A stretch of DNA of 64,000 bases, from assembly GCF_009914755.1 (NCBI RefSeq), contig NC_060945.1; one strand, given 5' to 3'. This DNA comes from the human T2T-CHM13v2.0 reference genome, Homo sapiens. Each line of letters starts with the position of its first letter. The stretch's first letter is position 1. Under the pieces are notes generated by a model that had not been told where the DNA came from, ran no database searches, and worked only from the letters and a program-made list of their open reading frames with translations. Both the position numbers and the translations under genes were made by a program. This document shows, in pieces, positions 17,993-36,426 of this stretch.

Positions 17993-18164
17993 CATCCCTG
18001 GAGTCTCTCTGAATCTGCCGTGATCCTGGGGGCTGCCCGATTCGTGCATTGTTCATTGCTCAATTAAACTCCTTTAAATTTAATTTGGCTGAAGTTTTTC
18101 TTTTAATGATACTATGATGTGTCATTATTATTTCACTTTTCAAATTATTCAAAATTATTTTCAA

Positions 18165-18360
18165 TTTTATGGTATGGTACATACCGTAAAATTTCTGTAC
18201 TCTTTTAAAGCTTACATTTCAGTGGTTTTCAGTATATTCACAAGGTTGTGCAACCATCACCACTATCTGGTTCTAGAACATTTTCTTCACCCCCAAAGAA
18301 GCTTCATACCCATTAGCGGTCACTTTCCATTCCTTCTTCCCCACAGCCCCTGGCAAATTC
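18165..18360 (-). mobile_element. L1MB-type 3' end fragment
   Basis: CAGTGGTTTTCAGTATATTCACAAGGTTGTGCAACCATCACCACT..AGAACATTTTC. Confidence 0.7.
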
Positions 18361-18478
18361 TGACGGTTTTAATGGTTAAATCTTTTCAATTACATCACAA
18401 GACACCATGGAACTCATTACTCTTTCTGGCACATAGTAGGTACTTAGTAAATTTTTTTTTTTTGTGATAAAGCTTTCA

Positions 18479-18838
<360 letters not shown>

Positions 18839-19534
18839 CTAGAAGAAGACGACATACAGCTGAGTTGGATTTTTTCCCCCTCCTCTCCCATTTAGAAAAG
18901 TCTGAACTCAGAGGTCTCATGTCAACTGGATAATTGTTTTATTGGCCTTATTCTTAACTTAGTGTGATTTAGGAAAAGACAAGGACATCTAGAGTCATGT
19001 TGTAATCACAGTTCTGTGATATTTCATGTTTTTCTAACTCATAAAAATACAGTGAGGAAATCAACAGCTTGGACTGTGGGAAAAGAAGTAAAGCTGAAAC
19101 TCTGATACGCACAGGCCTGAGTATGTTGTTTACAGAATGAAAAGCGAGTTCCACATAAGCTGAGACTTGGCTTCAGTCATGCCTGGGAATCTACAAACTC
19201 AATGCCCTCTCACTGGCAGAACATAAAAGCTAAAGATTACCCCTAATCCCGTGGCATTTTAAAATCCATGGAATGGGCTTTGGTGCTCAGCAATTTTCAC
19301 TTAAAGTCACACACTCTTTTGGAGGTACAAATGTTTCAGTTCCCCCAGTAGTATCTCTGGTAAGACTTACCAGAATGAATATTGATGCAGATGAAGACAC
19401 GATTGTTCTGTCCAGAAGTGATCACACTCCCCTTCACCCCCAAGTTCCACTTTTTAAACAATTCAAATAATGGAAGCTCATGTGACAGCTTTCTGCTGGT
19501 AAACCAGAGAATAAGATTCACTGCACTGGAAAAA

Positions 19535-20310
19535 AAGTGGAAACCACTCACATATTTATCAATGGATGCATGAGTAAACAATATCTGGCATATCCATACA
19601 ATGGAATATTATTCAGCCATAAAAAGGAATGAAGTACTGACACATGCTACCACCCTGAAAAGATGATGCTGGCCGGGCGCAGTGGCTCACGCCTGTAAGC
19701 CCAGCACTTTGGGAGGCCAAGGTGGGTGGATCACCTGAGATCAGGAGTTCAAGACCAGCCCGGCCAACATGGTGAAACCCTGTCTCTACTAAAGATACAA
19801 AAAAAAAAAAAAAAAAAAAAATTAGCTGACCACGGTGGCAGGCGCCTGTGATCCCAGCTACTTCAGGAGGCCGAGGCAGGAGAATCACTTGAACCCAGGA
19901 GGCGGAGGTTGCAGTGAGCCGAGATCGTGACATGGCACTGCAGCCTGGGTGACGAGAGCAAAACTATGGCTCAAAAAGAAAAGAAAAGATGATGCTGAGT
20001 GAGAGAAGCCAGATGACACAAAAGTCTACTTGTATGATTCCATTTATATGACGTGTCAGCAGAAAAACAAACCCGTAGAGACAGAAAGCAGATGAGTGGT
20101 TTCCAGGGTCCGGGGAAGGGAAAAGGGAAGTGACTGCTAACGGGTAAGGCATTAGCTTTAGTTAGTTGATTTCTTTTTGGGGTGATGAATATTCTGGAAT
20201 TAACGGTGATGGTTGCACAACTTTGTGACTATACTAAAAACACTAAATTGTATAGTTTCAGAGAGAAATTTTATAGTGTGTAAACTACATCTCAATTAAA
20301 AAAAAAAAAA
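19535..20310 (+). mobile_element. L1MB-type 3' end interrupted by an Alu
   Basis: CATACAATGGAATATTATTCAGCCATAAAAAGGAATGAAGTACTGA..GATGGTTGCACAAC..CTCAATTAAAAAA. Confidence 0.8.
19671..19982 (+). mobile_element. Alu (S-like)
   Basis: TSD GAAAAGATGATGCT (19657-19670, 19983-19996). Confidence 0.95.
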
Positions 20311-20699
20311 GTAAAAAGAAAACGCTGCATAAGCCTCCCGTGGGGTTAAAATAAGAGTAAGAGAAAAAAACATGACTTCATTGTGTGGGTGCCTGTGTTG
20401 AAGATGATTTAGTAGCTTCTGCCGTGAGGCATTTGCTAGAATAAAATCCTTTCTGCCCTCATCATTGTCAGCACACTGGTTCGGGCCTTTAGCACTCCTA
20501 CCTGGATCGTGGAACTAAAGAATTTTAGCAGCTGACAAGGACCTTAAAGATTGTAGCCTAACTCTCTCGCTTGTCAGGGGAGGCAGCTGGTGCCAGGCAG
20601 AAGAAGTGGCATGTTTGGAGTGGCCTGCCTGGTGTCTGAGCCACACCTGACACCCAGTGTTCTTTCCACTGGGCCTTTATTGCAATTGTTTTCCTCTCT

Positions 20700-21105
20700 C
20701 TTTAGTCTCTTCCTGCTCCAGTAGGATTGTACATTCCACTGACCTAATCTTCCCGAAATACAGATCTCATCACGTCACTGCCCTGCTGAAAAAACCCACA
20801 GTGGCTCCCCACTGCCTTCAGGCCCAGACCCCGGGAGCCTCCTTCACCTTCTGTCCACTTCTTGGCTCTCATGGCTTCCTAAACAAACTCCCTTTGCCAC
20901 TGCAGCACATGGCGTGTGTCCCAATATCACGCTTCTGGGCACATGTTGTTAATCCACTTTGCATATGTTTATGTCTTTGTGGCTCAGCTAGATTGCAAGT
21001 TTCTCGGAGACCAGGATCATGCCTTTGACCTCCTGACACAGGGCACAGTGCAATTCCTTGTACTTGTTAGGGGTCTGGAAATATTTGTAGATTAGTTGAT
21101 TTCAT
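20700..21105 (+). mobile_element. LINE-2 3' fragment
   Basis: CAGATCTCATCACGTCACTGCCCTGCT..CAGTGGCTCCC..CTAGATTGCAAGTTTCT..AAATATTTGTAGATT. Confidence 0.55.
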
Positions 21106-21156
21106 TCACAACCACAGCTAGTCTTCACCTGGTACACCTAAGAATATCTTGGAGGA

Positions 21157-21495
<339 letters not shown>

Positions 21496-22732
21496 TCACT
21501 GTTTTATGCTGCGTCTCTCATGAGTTTAACTTTTGGGTGTAATCTGGACAAGAAGATTCTCGAAACCTCCTATGAGATTGGATTTACTGTCAAAAAAGCA
21601 AAACACACTGACTTCAAAAGAAAAAAGCAAACATTATTTTTGAAACAACCTTTTAATTTCTTATAGAAGTACTGTAATTTGTGTTCTTGGAGATTTAGAA
21701 AATTCAGAGAAAGTTCCAAGAAAATAAAGAAGAAAATTGAAAGCTCCCATAATCCTAGCCCCTAGGGGCTGTCTATTGATAATCTTTCATTTTTACAGCC
21801 ATTTTTCTATGCACACACAAACACCACATATATATTCTTTACAAAAATGAGATTCCACTCTGTATACTGTTTTATATCATGCTTTTAAATTAAGATAAAA
21901 ATTAAAATTTAATAGGACTGCATTAAGTGGGAACAATTTTGCTGCTGTCAACTCGAGAGAGCATTCCAATGACACAGAGAAAGAGCAACTCCCTATTTGT
22001 TTTGCTTCTTTGCAAAACAAACAGGGTAAGAAGAGTTCTGAGAACTAAGGGGCAAGGTGCCTTCCTAGCTGCCGACTTGAGTTGGGCGTGGAGTTGCTTC
22101 ATCTCCTTCTCTGTGTCTCCTCACCAGTTCTATTGAAGGAATTGGAGCTTGTACCCATGAAGGTCCTTTTCTAGTTTTTGGATTTTGTAAGCTTTGTTTT
22201 ACATTTCTCCCATCCCTTCTTTGTGAATATTTCAGAGCCCTCTACTCAAGAGGGTAGGGGATGTGGCTACTTTGTTCCCTGTTTTGTTGCCAGCATGGTG
22301 CCTGGCAAAGAATAGACACTCAATAAATATTTGGTAATGAATGAATGGGTGAGACTCTCATGAGTGATGTCCTTTGTTATGGAAATCACTAGGCCACATG
22401 GTCTTCTTTTGGAAGCACCAAGTAGGAATTCTATATTTAGGTTCTTGGAATTGAAATAATAACACAAGTGACATTGTACATTAATCAATTAATGGAATAT
22501 ATGTAGCTGTGGCCCCATGAGGGAGTTCTTGTTAATTCCATTCCACAAGTGGCCAGGGTCCACTGCTAGCCTCATGATCCCAGGTCCCGGGTCCCCTCTG
22601 CTAATCTTCACTTTTGGGCACCACGGTTTCTCTCTGGTTGGGTAAGTCATTCCACGACCAGTAAGGCAAGCTTAAGGCCGAAGTTTTCAAATGTCAGTGT
22701 TCTTAAGAATTGCCCAGGCCTTACTAATCCCA

Positions 22733-23044
<312 letters not shown>

Positions 23045-23219
23045 TGATTTGAATGCAGGTGGTCTGAAACCTATCGAGAACACTAGCTTGAAACATTTCA
23101 GATTCAGTGTTTTGTAAAGCAGAGGAGAGGCCATGATTGGCCATTAGGAGCTTCATCAAGCGTCAGCTTGCCCACAGCTTTGGTTTCCAGGGAGACTGGG
23201 AAGTAACAATACAATAGTT

Positions 23220-23420
23220 CATCTTCATTATGAGTGTACCATGCCAAGAGCTTTCCTAAGTGCTTTACATTCATTATCCTCTTTAATTCTCTTAAGAATT
23301 GTATGAGGTAGGTCCTATTATTACCTCTATCTTACAAGGAAACTGAGGATCAGACAAGGATATCTAGCTTATCCATGATTAGGTAGAGCTGACAATGGGA
23401 TTAAATAATCAAGTCCTGCT
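23220..23420 (-). mobile_element. MIR
   Basis: TAAGTGCTTTACAT..TATGAGGTAGGTCCTATTATT..GGAAACTGAGG. Confidence 0.65.
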
Positions 23421-23681
23421 ACTGCCAGGTTAAGAAAACCCAGCTCTTTGTTGTTTTATAACAACTGGGGGAAGCTGGTGTGCATCATTGGCTGATAGGA
23501 AGAGAAATTGAATTCCACATCTATGTCCTACTTCATGCATGGATTGCTCTCAACAACCGTGAAACGGAATACAAAACAGTGAAACAGGTGAAATTCACAT
23601 CTTGTCTTTCCGTGTGCATACTCTTAGGACCAGCCCTGGCCATGTTCTGTATATGACCACTTTAACCTCAAAACTGTACTG

Positions 23682-25035
<1,354 letters not shown>

Positions 25036-25124
25036 TTCAAGTTCATTAATTCAAAAAGAACCCCTGAATTGTTTTAACAGGGATATTTGAATATTGAGTA
25101 CTGACCAGATATTTACTGATATTA

Positions 25125-25497
<373 letters not shown>

Positions 25498-25518
25498 TTA
25501 AAAAGTCTTTATGTTTTT

Positions 25519-25647
25519 AGCTGGGTGCGGTGGCTCAGGACTGTAATTCCAGCTACATGAGAGGATTGCCTGAGGCCAGGAGTTTGAGACCAGCCTGAAC
25601 AACATAGTGAGTACCTGTCTCTAAAAAAAAAAAAAAAAAAAAAAAAA
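25519..25647 (+). mobile_element. Alu monomer (FLAM-like)
   Basis: Left-arm-like monomer with A tail; flanked by AAAAGTCTTTA repeats. Confidence 0.8.
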
Positions 25648-26100
25648 GTCTTTATATTTTAGAGTTATATACTGTAATATGTATGAATGAAATGCTATGA
25701 GGTTTTAGATTTGTTTCAAAACACTCCAATGTGTGTGTGTTGGGAGGAAGTAGATAAAACAGGGCTGGTGATAGGATGATAATTGTTGAAGCTAGCTGAT
25801 GAGCACATAGAGCTTGATTACACTATTACTTCAAGTTTGTACATGTTTGGACATTTCCATAATGTAAAAACACAATTACATGCTTCAAGTCTCAATCCCT
25901 AGGTCTCTTACACTCTGGGAATGGATTTAATAAATTTAGCAAATGCACCTGAGGTTAATAATGGATTTATACATTGCTGTGGCTACAGAACATTTACATT
26001 TTGACACAGGTCTTCAATATCTTAATCTAAATAAGCAAATATTGTGGAAATTTCAGACATTACCCCAATCTGACAGGGCAAATATTTTTATTAGTTCTAA

Positions 26101-26626
<526 letters not shown>

Positions 26627-27589
26627 TGACATCATGGCATTTCAAATTGTGTAACATTCAGAACGTTTTCTGTTGTATCCTTTCCTAGGTCTTCATTACT
26701 TTCCTGGGACTTGACAGGGCATATTGAATCTATCCTGTAATGCATGGGAATAAATAAGGATTCCAAAACGTGAATTGGATTTAGTTAATTTTTGTTTCTC
26801 CATGTCTCCATACACACAGGCAGCATGAGTGAGCATCTAGTATGTATTGGATATGTGCTGGGTTGATACCATAAAGAGATTTATAAAATGGTGCCGACTT
26901 TGAGGGGTTCACACTCTGGGGGAAAGACTGTGCTGTCTAAGTGAATAAATTTGGAGATTGAGGGCTTCATGGAGAGGAGGAAAGTTGTGCTTTATAACAT
27001 CATGGCATATTTGCATGAGCCATGCAAATAAGAAGCTCATCACCCACCCGATTTATGTCAGAATCAGAACCCAAAGCCAGGGACCCACCAACCAACTGTT
27101 CGGCCCAGCACAGTTTCCCTGTGGCAATTCCACTTCTTTTTTTCTTATCTTACGTCGCAGTGTACTTTGTCTCTTGTAACTCCTGCAGGATTTTTCTTAA
27201 AGCCTTACATGGTGCTGTTATCACGTGGCACAAAATGAAGCCGACCTCTTTGTGTGTGGGAATAGAGGGAGCATTACACTGCTGGGATGCAACAGATGGA
27301 GGGTGGAAAGCTGTCCAGCACCTTGTCTCTTCCAAGATACATAGCCCAGGGGTATTCCCATTCCTCCACGACACAAATGACAACTTCCTTGAGCTCTGAT
27401 GGCTTGCCAGGTGGCTGATGGCGTGGAGAACCTTGCTCATGTTTACCTGTTCTTGCATCCATTACTCACCTCTGCCCACGTGCCCCCACACTTGCACACA
27501 AAGCCACAGAGTGGCTTAAAAAAAAAAAATGAAAAGCCTCCCCCCAACCCTATTGTAAAATGTCAAGTGTTTCAGTTTTGAGAAAAAAG

Positions 27590-28330
27590 AAAGCTGAAGA
27601 AACCATGACTCATGACATGGGCTGACAAACAACGATCTGAAGGTATGCTGGTGAGTCACACTGTGGAGCTCTGCCTTTGTGTTGTGGTGAGGGCCGGGGC
27701 TGGAAGGAGTGTCATGGGACCAGCCAGTAAAATTCCACTACTCTCCGAAGCCGATTGGGAGGCAATTTAAAAACCCTGGGCTTTTTCCAGCCCCAGTGTA
27801 GTGGATGACTCTGGGTCCCCTCAGGTATGTCGATCTGTATGGGAAATCAGGAAGAATGATTATTAATAACTGGAAAAAAAAAACCTGTTAGTATCTTTCC
27901 ATGCCCAATGCCATGCTGAACCAGCCCTGCCTGCTTCTGCAAGCCAGCGAGGCTGCTGGATTTTCTCGAAGGGTATTGAGTTGCTAAGCAACAGCACTGG
28001 CGGCGCCTATCATGCCCAGCGATGTCAATGCCTGAGTGTGGCCTGCAGAGCACATTTGCTCCCCTCCCCCTCGCCTCCTCTCGACCCCTTCCCCCCACTA
28101 CATGAGAACATTAATTTGCATCTCAGGGACAGGAGCTGTGCCAGGTGATTCTGTGTATAAAACAGCGCAGTGCAGCCCCTGAAGCACAAATATTGTTTTG
28201 GGTTGCAAGGCGGTGCATGTGACGTAGTTGAAAATACAGACTCATTTGTGTATACTCCCCACGTAAGGAGGGTAGGCTTCATCTAAAAGCCTGCGTGTCA
28301 AATACTCCTTTCTAATACATCCTGGTGTGC
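27590..28330. promoter_or_regulatory. Putative enhancer/promoter in a repeat-free island
   Basis: AP-1 TGACTCA 27606 and TGAGTCA 27652, ATTGG ~27754, octamer ATTTGCAT 28114, TATAAAA 28156, CRE-like TGACGTAG 28220; elevated CpG. Confidence 0.5.
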
Positions 28331-29436
28331 TCTGCCTTGAAGTGTTTTTTTCCTGTCTGCCCATCCAGCATCTTATTTATGCCCCATTCTGTCCCTCTCT
28401 CTCGTTGCCTTTGTTCTGTGGTCTCCTGGGTGATGGAGTTATTGTTTGTGTGTAGGGATGTGTGGATAAAAGGGAGCTGATTTCTAGAGGTGAGATGGCC
28501 CTGTGGTTAACGGTTGGAGGCTGCTGTTGACAAGGCCTGTTGCTGTGGCAGTTTTGCTCCGGAAGTGGCCATTTTCTGGGCAGGGCTCCACCAGAGCACC
28601 ATCTGTCTGTGCCTTTTACTTCCTGTCAAGAGGCAGCAGGCTTCGTGAGCTGGGGAAGTGCCAGAAGCAGCCTTCGAATTAGACAGACCTGGACCCAAAC
28701 CCTTTCTCTTCCCCCCACCCATTTTGGCATCTTGGCACGAGACTGTCCCCATTTCTGGAAAGGGTGTTCACAAGAACAGTCTGGCTGGGTTGTTGGGATG
28801 ACCGAGTGTGATCATGCGTCTCTATGGCTGGCCATGGTGTTTATTCGATGGCAGGTATTACCAGGATGGAGCGAGTCCCAGTAGGAAGGGCCTTTAGGAT
28901 GTCATCTGGTTCCACCCAACAGGGATGGGAACTGTAATTCCCCACTCTCCCTGTGGAGAATCAGGGCGGGCTCCGGATGGATGGCCAAAGGCTGCACAGA
29001 GGTGAGCCTCCAGGGTTGGGTTCTAAGCGCTGTTCACACTCCTGTCCCAGTGGTGTTTGGTCTGGGGCACATTGTGATATGTGTTTCCCTCCTTTCTTAA
29101 AATTAGCTCTTGGCTTCAGGGCCTTGTAGTGGACTGATGTCCCTCCTTAACTGAACAGTCAGTCTGCTTATTTTTTTGGGGTGGTTTAGGGGTAAAAATA
29201 AGTAGATAACTGAACAAAGCTGGCTGGCAGGAACCTTCGGCTGACCGCAGGGCTTTGGTGGTGGTCAAGACCTGGAATTGGATTTGAGGCCTGGCCAGCG
29301 TGAAGGATATGCCATAGGAGCCCAGGAGGATGACTCTGCCAGGCCTGCTTTTGACATGTCTGTCATGCTTCATGCTTTATGCTGCTCTGGGCCATTAAGC
29401 AAGAACTAAATCTGATGCCCAATCAAGGCTGAGCTC

Positions 29437-29740
29437 TTTTTTTTTTTGAGACACTGTCTCACTCTCTTGCCCAGGCTGTAGTGCAGTAGTGTGATCATGG
29501 CTCACTGCAGCCTCAGTCTCCTGGACTCAAGTGATCCTCCCACCTCAGCCTTCTGAGTAGCTGGGAGTACAGGTGAGTCAGGTGAGTCCCACCACACCCG
29601 GCTAATTTTTTTTTTTTTTTTGGTAGAGATGGGGTTTCACTGTGTTACCCAGGCTGGTCTCAAACTCCTGGGCTGAAGACCATCCACTCGCCTCAGCCTC
29701 CCAGTGTTGGGACTATAGGCGTGAGCCACTCATCTAGTCT
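29437..29740 (-). mobile_element. Alu (J-like)
   Basis: Antisense dimer; TSD AGGCTGAGCTC. Confidence 0.92.
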
Positions 29741-30379
29741 AGGCTGAGCTCCTAAACAGGAAATGTGTGGCATGGCTTCTTTGAAGGTGGCTTTCTCATT
29801 CTGAGTTTTAAACCACAACCACTGAAGATGGTTAGTGCCTGCAGAATGCGTACCATTTCCACTCAGAGAAACCATTCCTCCTTAAGGAAAGCTGGGGCCG
29901 TTCCTGGTCTGGCGTTCCCAGTGAAGGAAGAACCAAGTGGATGCCCCTCAACCCCAGCCCGAGGCAGCTGTGTCGTTATGGTCCAGCTGGGCACCCCACT
30001 CTTTAGGAGGTGGAGAGGGAAACAGGGGGATTGGTCTAGGTTTGTGTGGGTCAGAGCCAGGTGAGAAGTTATAGTAGTTGCTGGGCAAAGTAAATAAGAA
30101 GGAGACAGAAAGGCCCAGGCACGCAGGAGACCCCAGCTAAAAGGGCAGGGAGAGGGACACGTTGGTGGTCAAGAAGAGGGAAATGAGGAGGGGCTTTTGG
30201 AGATCCCGCCAAAGAGGTGTTCTGTGAACCCCTCCCGCTGACACACCTACTGAAGGGTCCACTGAGACAGCAAAGCAGGAAGGGTGGAAAGGGTCCGCCA
30301 GGGGCAGTGCCTGACATGTGCTAGAGGTGACGTAGAATCTGGGATCAGCGACAAAAGATCACACCTAGAACCGTGGTCA

Positions 30380-30775
30380 AGGATGTGAGCCAGATTTTCT
30401 GGGGCTCAGTCCTGGGTTTGTCACTTAACTGTGTCACTTGGAGCAAGTCACATACCTCTGGCAGTCTCAGTTGCTCATCAGAAAAATGGGAATTTTATAT
30501 ATATATATAAAAAATATAATTATATATTTATTTATAATATGTGTATATATAATTATATGATTATAATAATCACAAATGGGATTATATATAATATATAATT
30601 ATACATTAATTTATAATATATATTTATTTATAATATATGTGTGTATATATACGCATATATACATATGTATGTATGTCTATATCTCTATCTTTCGGGTTGT
30701 TTTGAGAATTAAATGACCTAACCCATGTAAAGCCCTGTGTACCGTGCCTGGCATGTAGGATACTTCATCACTGTC
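30380..30775 (+). mobile_element. MIR split by an AT-rich simple repeat
   Basis: CTGTGTCACTTGGAGCAAGTCACATACCTCT..AAAATGGGAAT [TA-rich] GGGTTGTTTTGAGAATTAAATGA..GTGCCTGGCATGTAG. Confidence 0.65.
30496..30690. repeat. AT-rich (TA)n-like low-complexity tract
   Basis: TATATATA/TATAAT variants. Confidence 0.85.
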
Positions 30776-32037
30776 ACCTGTTTTTGTTGTTATGACCTGA
30801 GCATCTCCCTGTTCACCAGCCCTTGTTCTTTAGCCACAGGTTGAAGATGACAGTAGATCCTAAGGAACCTCAGTTCTATCCCGAAATGCGAAGGCCTTTT
30901 TACTCAACCACAAAGAAGTGGTCAGCAGAAAACTGGTCATCCCGGCCTCTGGGGCCATGCACAGCACTCAGGAGGAGCTACTATTTTCCCTGCCTGTTTA
31001 CATGCGGCCTGGGGCCTTGTGGGCTATTTGAAAATTAGGACACGAGAAGTCCAAGCAGCACCTGGTAATTAAACTGAGTCCTCTATCAGAGAGAGGCGTG
31101 ACCTTGAAGGGCATCCATACAGGAGCCAGGGGCAAAGCAGAAGGTGGGAGGGATTCTCCAGGCTTGACCCTCTCAGCACATCTCAGTCAGGGGTGCCTGG
31201 CAGCCTAGATTCCAGCCCTGCCCAGTGCCACCCAGAGACCTGAGGGAGGTGGACAGCTGCTCAGCTGGGTGATGGGAGCCTCTAGAAATAGTTGTCAACC
31301 TCATCAAACCAGAGATGAGCCCTTAGGACAGCCAGGGTGTTGATTTCCAGCCAGGCAGGGCATTGGTTCTCCAGTGGGATGTGGACAAGGTTCACTGCAG
31401 CCTCTCAGCAGATGAACTAGGGGAGAGACACTACCCCAACCATGCTCCCCCGACCCTTCGGTGTTAAGTGAAAGTATCTTCCTTTTTTCTCTCTGCTCTC
31501 TCCGCTTTACAACAAAATATTATCTTTAGTCTGCAAAACCAGGGCCAGGAAGAATCTTCACAGCTAGACAGGGCCATGGAAAGATGATGAGGCATATCAG
31601 GAACTATGTAATCTTGTAATACTTCTGCTGCAAAACCTCCTGACGTTCTGAATGAACAGTCACATGCAGCCTCTTCAGTGCAAAACTGAGCTCATAAGAA
31701 AGTAAAGCAAATCTGTAGGGGCCAAATGAAGAGTGAACTGGAAGTCAGAGCTTCAAGTACATGACTGATGTGGTGTATCCCTTGGGGATGGGGGTGTACA
31801 CGCTGGTTTTGGGAAGCAGGGCACTTGGGTTTGAAAGTTCATCCAGGACATTTGTGTGACTCTCAGTTTTTGAATATTGGTGAATAGTGCTGCTTAGAAC
31901 ATTCTGGTATGTGAGTTTTTGTTGCACATAAGGTATTTATGTTGAACAAATATTTAAGAGAAAAATTATTGAATTTAGGTATGTATAACCTCAGATTTGG
32001 AGAATACTGCTAAACAGTTTTTCAAAGTTGCTGTTCA

Positions 32038-32360
<323 letters not shown>

Positions 32361-32397
32361 GTCCAACAGCAATGACAACAGTGTAGGAGCATTCTAA

Positions 32398-32778
<381 letters not shown>

Positions 32779-32952
32779 GGATTTGCATTTCTAGGATGAT
32801 GAATGAGAGTGTACTTTCTCATATGTATTGTGGCAATTTGATACCTGCTTTTATGAAGTGTTTGTTCAAGTATTTTGCTCATTTTTTCTATTGGGTCATC
32901 TGTATTTTTCTTACTGATTTACAGTTTATACTTGATTTATAGATTTGTTTGA

Positions 32953-33324
<372 letters not shown>

Positions 33325-34083
33325 TCGTTCTCTTAATGGTGTTTTTGATAAGCAGATGTCCTTGATTTTATTAAAGTTCAAGTCTCTTATTTTTTCCTTA
33401 TAGTTATTACTTTGTGAGACCTACTTAAGAAATATTGCTTAGTCCAAAATAATATATTTTCCTGTGATTTCTTTTAGAAGCTTTATTTTTATATTTTTCA
33501 AATTTAGAGCTACAATCCAATCCATCTTGAATTCTTTTTTTGTATATATAGTTTTAAAAAAATATATAGAGGTTGGTATTAATTTTTTTACATCTAGATA
33601 GCCAACTGACCCAACACTATTTATTGAAAATAATATTATTTCTCTTGTGTTACATTGTCACCATTGCTGTAAATCAAGAGACCGTATATCTATAGGTCAG
33701 TTTCTGGATCCTGGATTCTGTTCCAATGGTCTATTTGTTTATCCTTGTGACATTATCTTACTGTATACCATTACTTCATTCTATAATGAGTCTTGATATC
33801 AAATAGGGAAAGTCTTCCAACTTTGTTTTTCTTTAAGATTGTCTTGGTTCTTTTTGCCCCTTAACATTTTCATATAAAATTTAGAATGAGCTTGTCAATT
33901 TCCATGCACGCTCACAATAAACCCGCTGGGATTTTTATTAGAATTACACAGAAACTCTAGATATGCCAGATTGTAGAGAGTTTATATCTTTATAATATTG
34001 AATCTTCCAATATTGAATGGTAGAGCTCTTACACAACTTCCATTATGTTAATACCTAGGTTTGTGATTTTTTGGATGCTACTA

Positions 34084-34500
34084 TTTATTAGTCTGTTCAG
34101 GCTGCCATAACAAAATAACATAGACTGGGTAGCTTAAAAAACAGAAATTGATTTCTCACAATTCTGGTGGTTGGGAAGTTCAAAATGAAGGTACCAGCCA
34201 ATTTGGTTCCTAGTGAGCATTTTTCCTGGTGTAGGAGATGGTTATTCTTCTAGGTGGGCACCATCTTGCTATGTGTTCACATGATCTCTTCTTTGTGGGT
34301 GTGTCGCAAGAGATAGCAAGTGAGCAAGCTCCCTGGTGTCTCTTCTTATAAGGGCACTAATTCCATCATGAAAGGCCCACCTTCATGGCCTCATGTAACC
34401 TTAATTACTTCCCCAAAGCCCCATTTTCAAATACAATATATTGGGGGTTAGGGCTTCAACATGTGAATTTTGGAGGGACATAAACATTCAGTACGTAACA
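34084..34500 (-). mobile_element. MLT1A-type MaLR solo LTR
   Basis: TATTAGTCTGTTCAGGCTGCCATAACAAAA...GGGCTTCAACATGTGAATTTTGG...TAACA; 5-bp TSD TACTA (34079-34083, 34501-34505). Confidence 0.85.
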
Positions 34501-35126
34501 TACTATAAATTCTTCATGTAGGTTCAAGGTTCAAATGTATATTACCCATTTGGTCTGGGAATTCTTAAGATAAAAGATTAATATAGAAGTGGTATCAAGC
34601 AGTGATGGTATCCCTGCAATGTCTGTCAGAAGCAATAAAAAATCTTCTCTGGAGGAACATTCCCTCAATTCAGGCAGTTGAAGATTGCTACAAACAGAGT
34701 CCTACTAAATATAAGTTCACAATCCAATTACAAAACATACGAGGAATCAATTTACCATGAGCAAGAGTCAGCCGACCAAGCAACTGATGGATTATGTTTC
34801 AAGAACTTAAGATAATAGAACTATCAAATATACTATAAAATAAATATATTTAAAATTATTAAAGACTTAAAAAGGAATTGAAAATTGATAAAGAGAATAA
34901 GACTATTAAAAGGAGGAGGCAGATTTGAAAAAGAATAATATTAATAAAAATGAAAAGTATATAGTCATTAAAATTAAAAACTCAATGGACAGATTAGAGA
35001 CAGCTGAAGGGGAATTAGGGACTTGGAAGGTACAGGAAATTTCACAGAAAGCAGTTTAGAGAGATTAAGAGATGGAAAATATGAAAGAGAGATTAAGAGA
35101 CAAGTAGGACAGAATGAGAAATTCTA

Positions 35127-35525
<399 letters not shown>

Positions 35526-35783
35526 TTAGAATTGGTTTAAGACTTAAATCCTAAAAATCAATCAGTCTGATTACTCTTGAGCAGAATTAAAAAAATATAT
35601 ATGTATAGTTTAGAGGATAAAGGAGGAATCAGTAAAACTCAAACAATCCAAGAGACAGAGAAAAGAAACAAAGAAAAGACAGAGTAAGTAGGAAGTATAA
35701 AATAAAGCAATGGTAATAAAACTAAATATATGAGTAATCATAATGCATATAAATAGAATAAATTATTCAGTTAAAAGACAGAA

Positions 35784-35918
35784 GCTAGGTGTGGTGGCTC
35801 ATGGCTTGAAGTCTCAGCTACTTGGGAGGATGGTGTGGGAGGACTGCTTAAGTCTAGGAGTTTGAGACCAGCCTGGGCACCACAGTTAGACCCTGTCTAA
35901 AAAAAAAAAAAAAAAAGA
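35784..35918 (+). mobile_element. Alu monomer (FLAM-like)
   Basis: Monomer with A tail; flanked by AAAAGA(C/G)A. Confidence 0.8.
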
Positions 35919-35935
35919 GATTGTTAGAATAGGTT

Positions 35936-35937
<2 letters not shown>

Positions 35938-35988
<51 letters not shown>
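35938..35988. repeat. (CA)n microsatellite
   Basis: Long perfect CA run. Confidence 0.95.
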
Positions 35989-36426
35989 TGCAGTCTAGTA
36001 TTCTAGTATGCCTCTTGTTTAGAGAGTGACGCAGAAAGGTAGAAAATACACACCAGGGGAATACTAATCAAAAGAAAACTAGTTCGGCTATAGTAATAAC
36101 AGACAAAATGGACTTTTTAATACATGTATAAAAACACTTTAAAGAGAAAAATAGTCACTACATATGATAAAAGGAACAGTTCATTAAGATACATTCACCT
36201 CCATTGACCTAGCAAGATCACCTTAAAACATATGTAGCAAAATTTTACAAAATTAGGAGGAAAAATAGACAAATCCATACTTGTAGTGAGAGATTTTAAC
36301 ATACCTCTCATAGTAATTGATAAACCAAGAAGACAGAGAATTAGTATGATTATGGAACATATAAACAATATAAGAAGCTTGAACAATAATTATATGTGTA
36401 ATTTTACACTCAACAATCAGAGAATA

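Noticed and set aside
29571-29590. 9-bp tandem duplication AGGTGAGTC creating donor-like/AP-1-like words in an Alu
   Set aside because: Ordinary slippage duplication; no supporting evidence of exonisation from sequence alone
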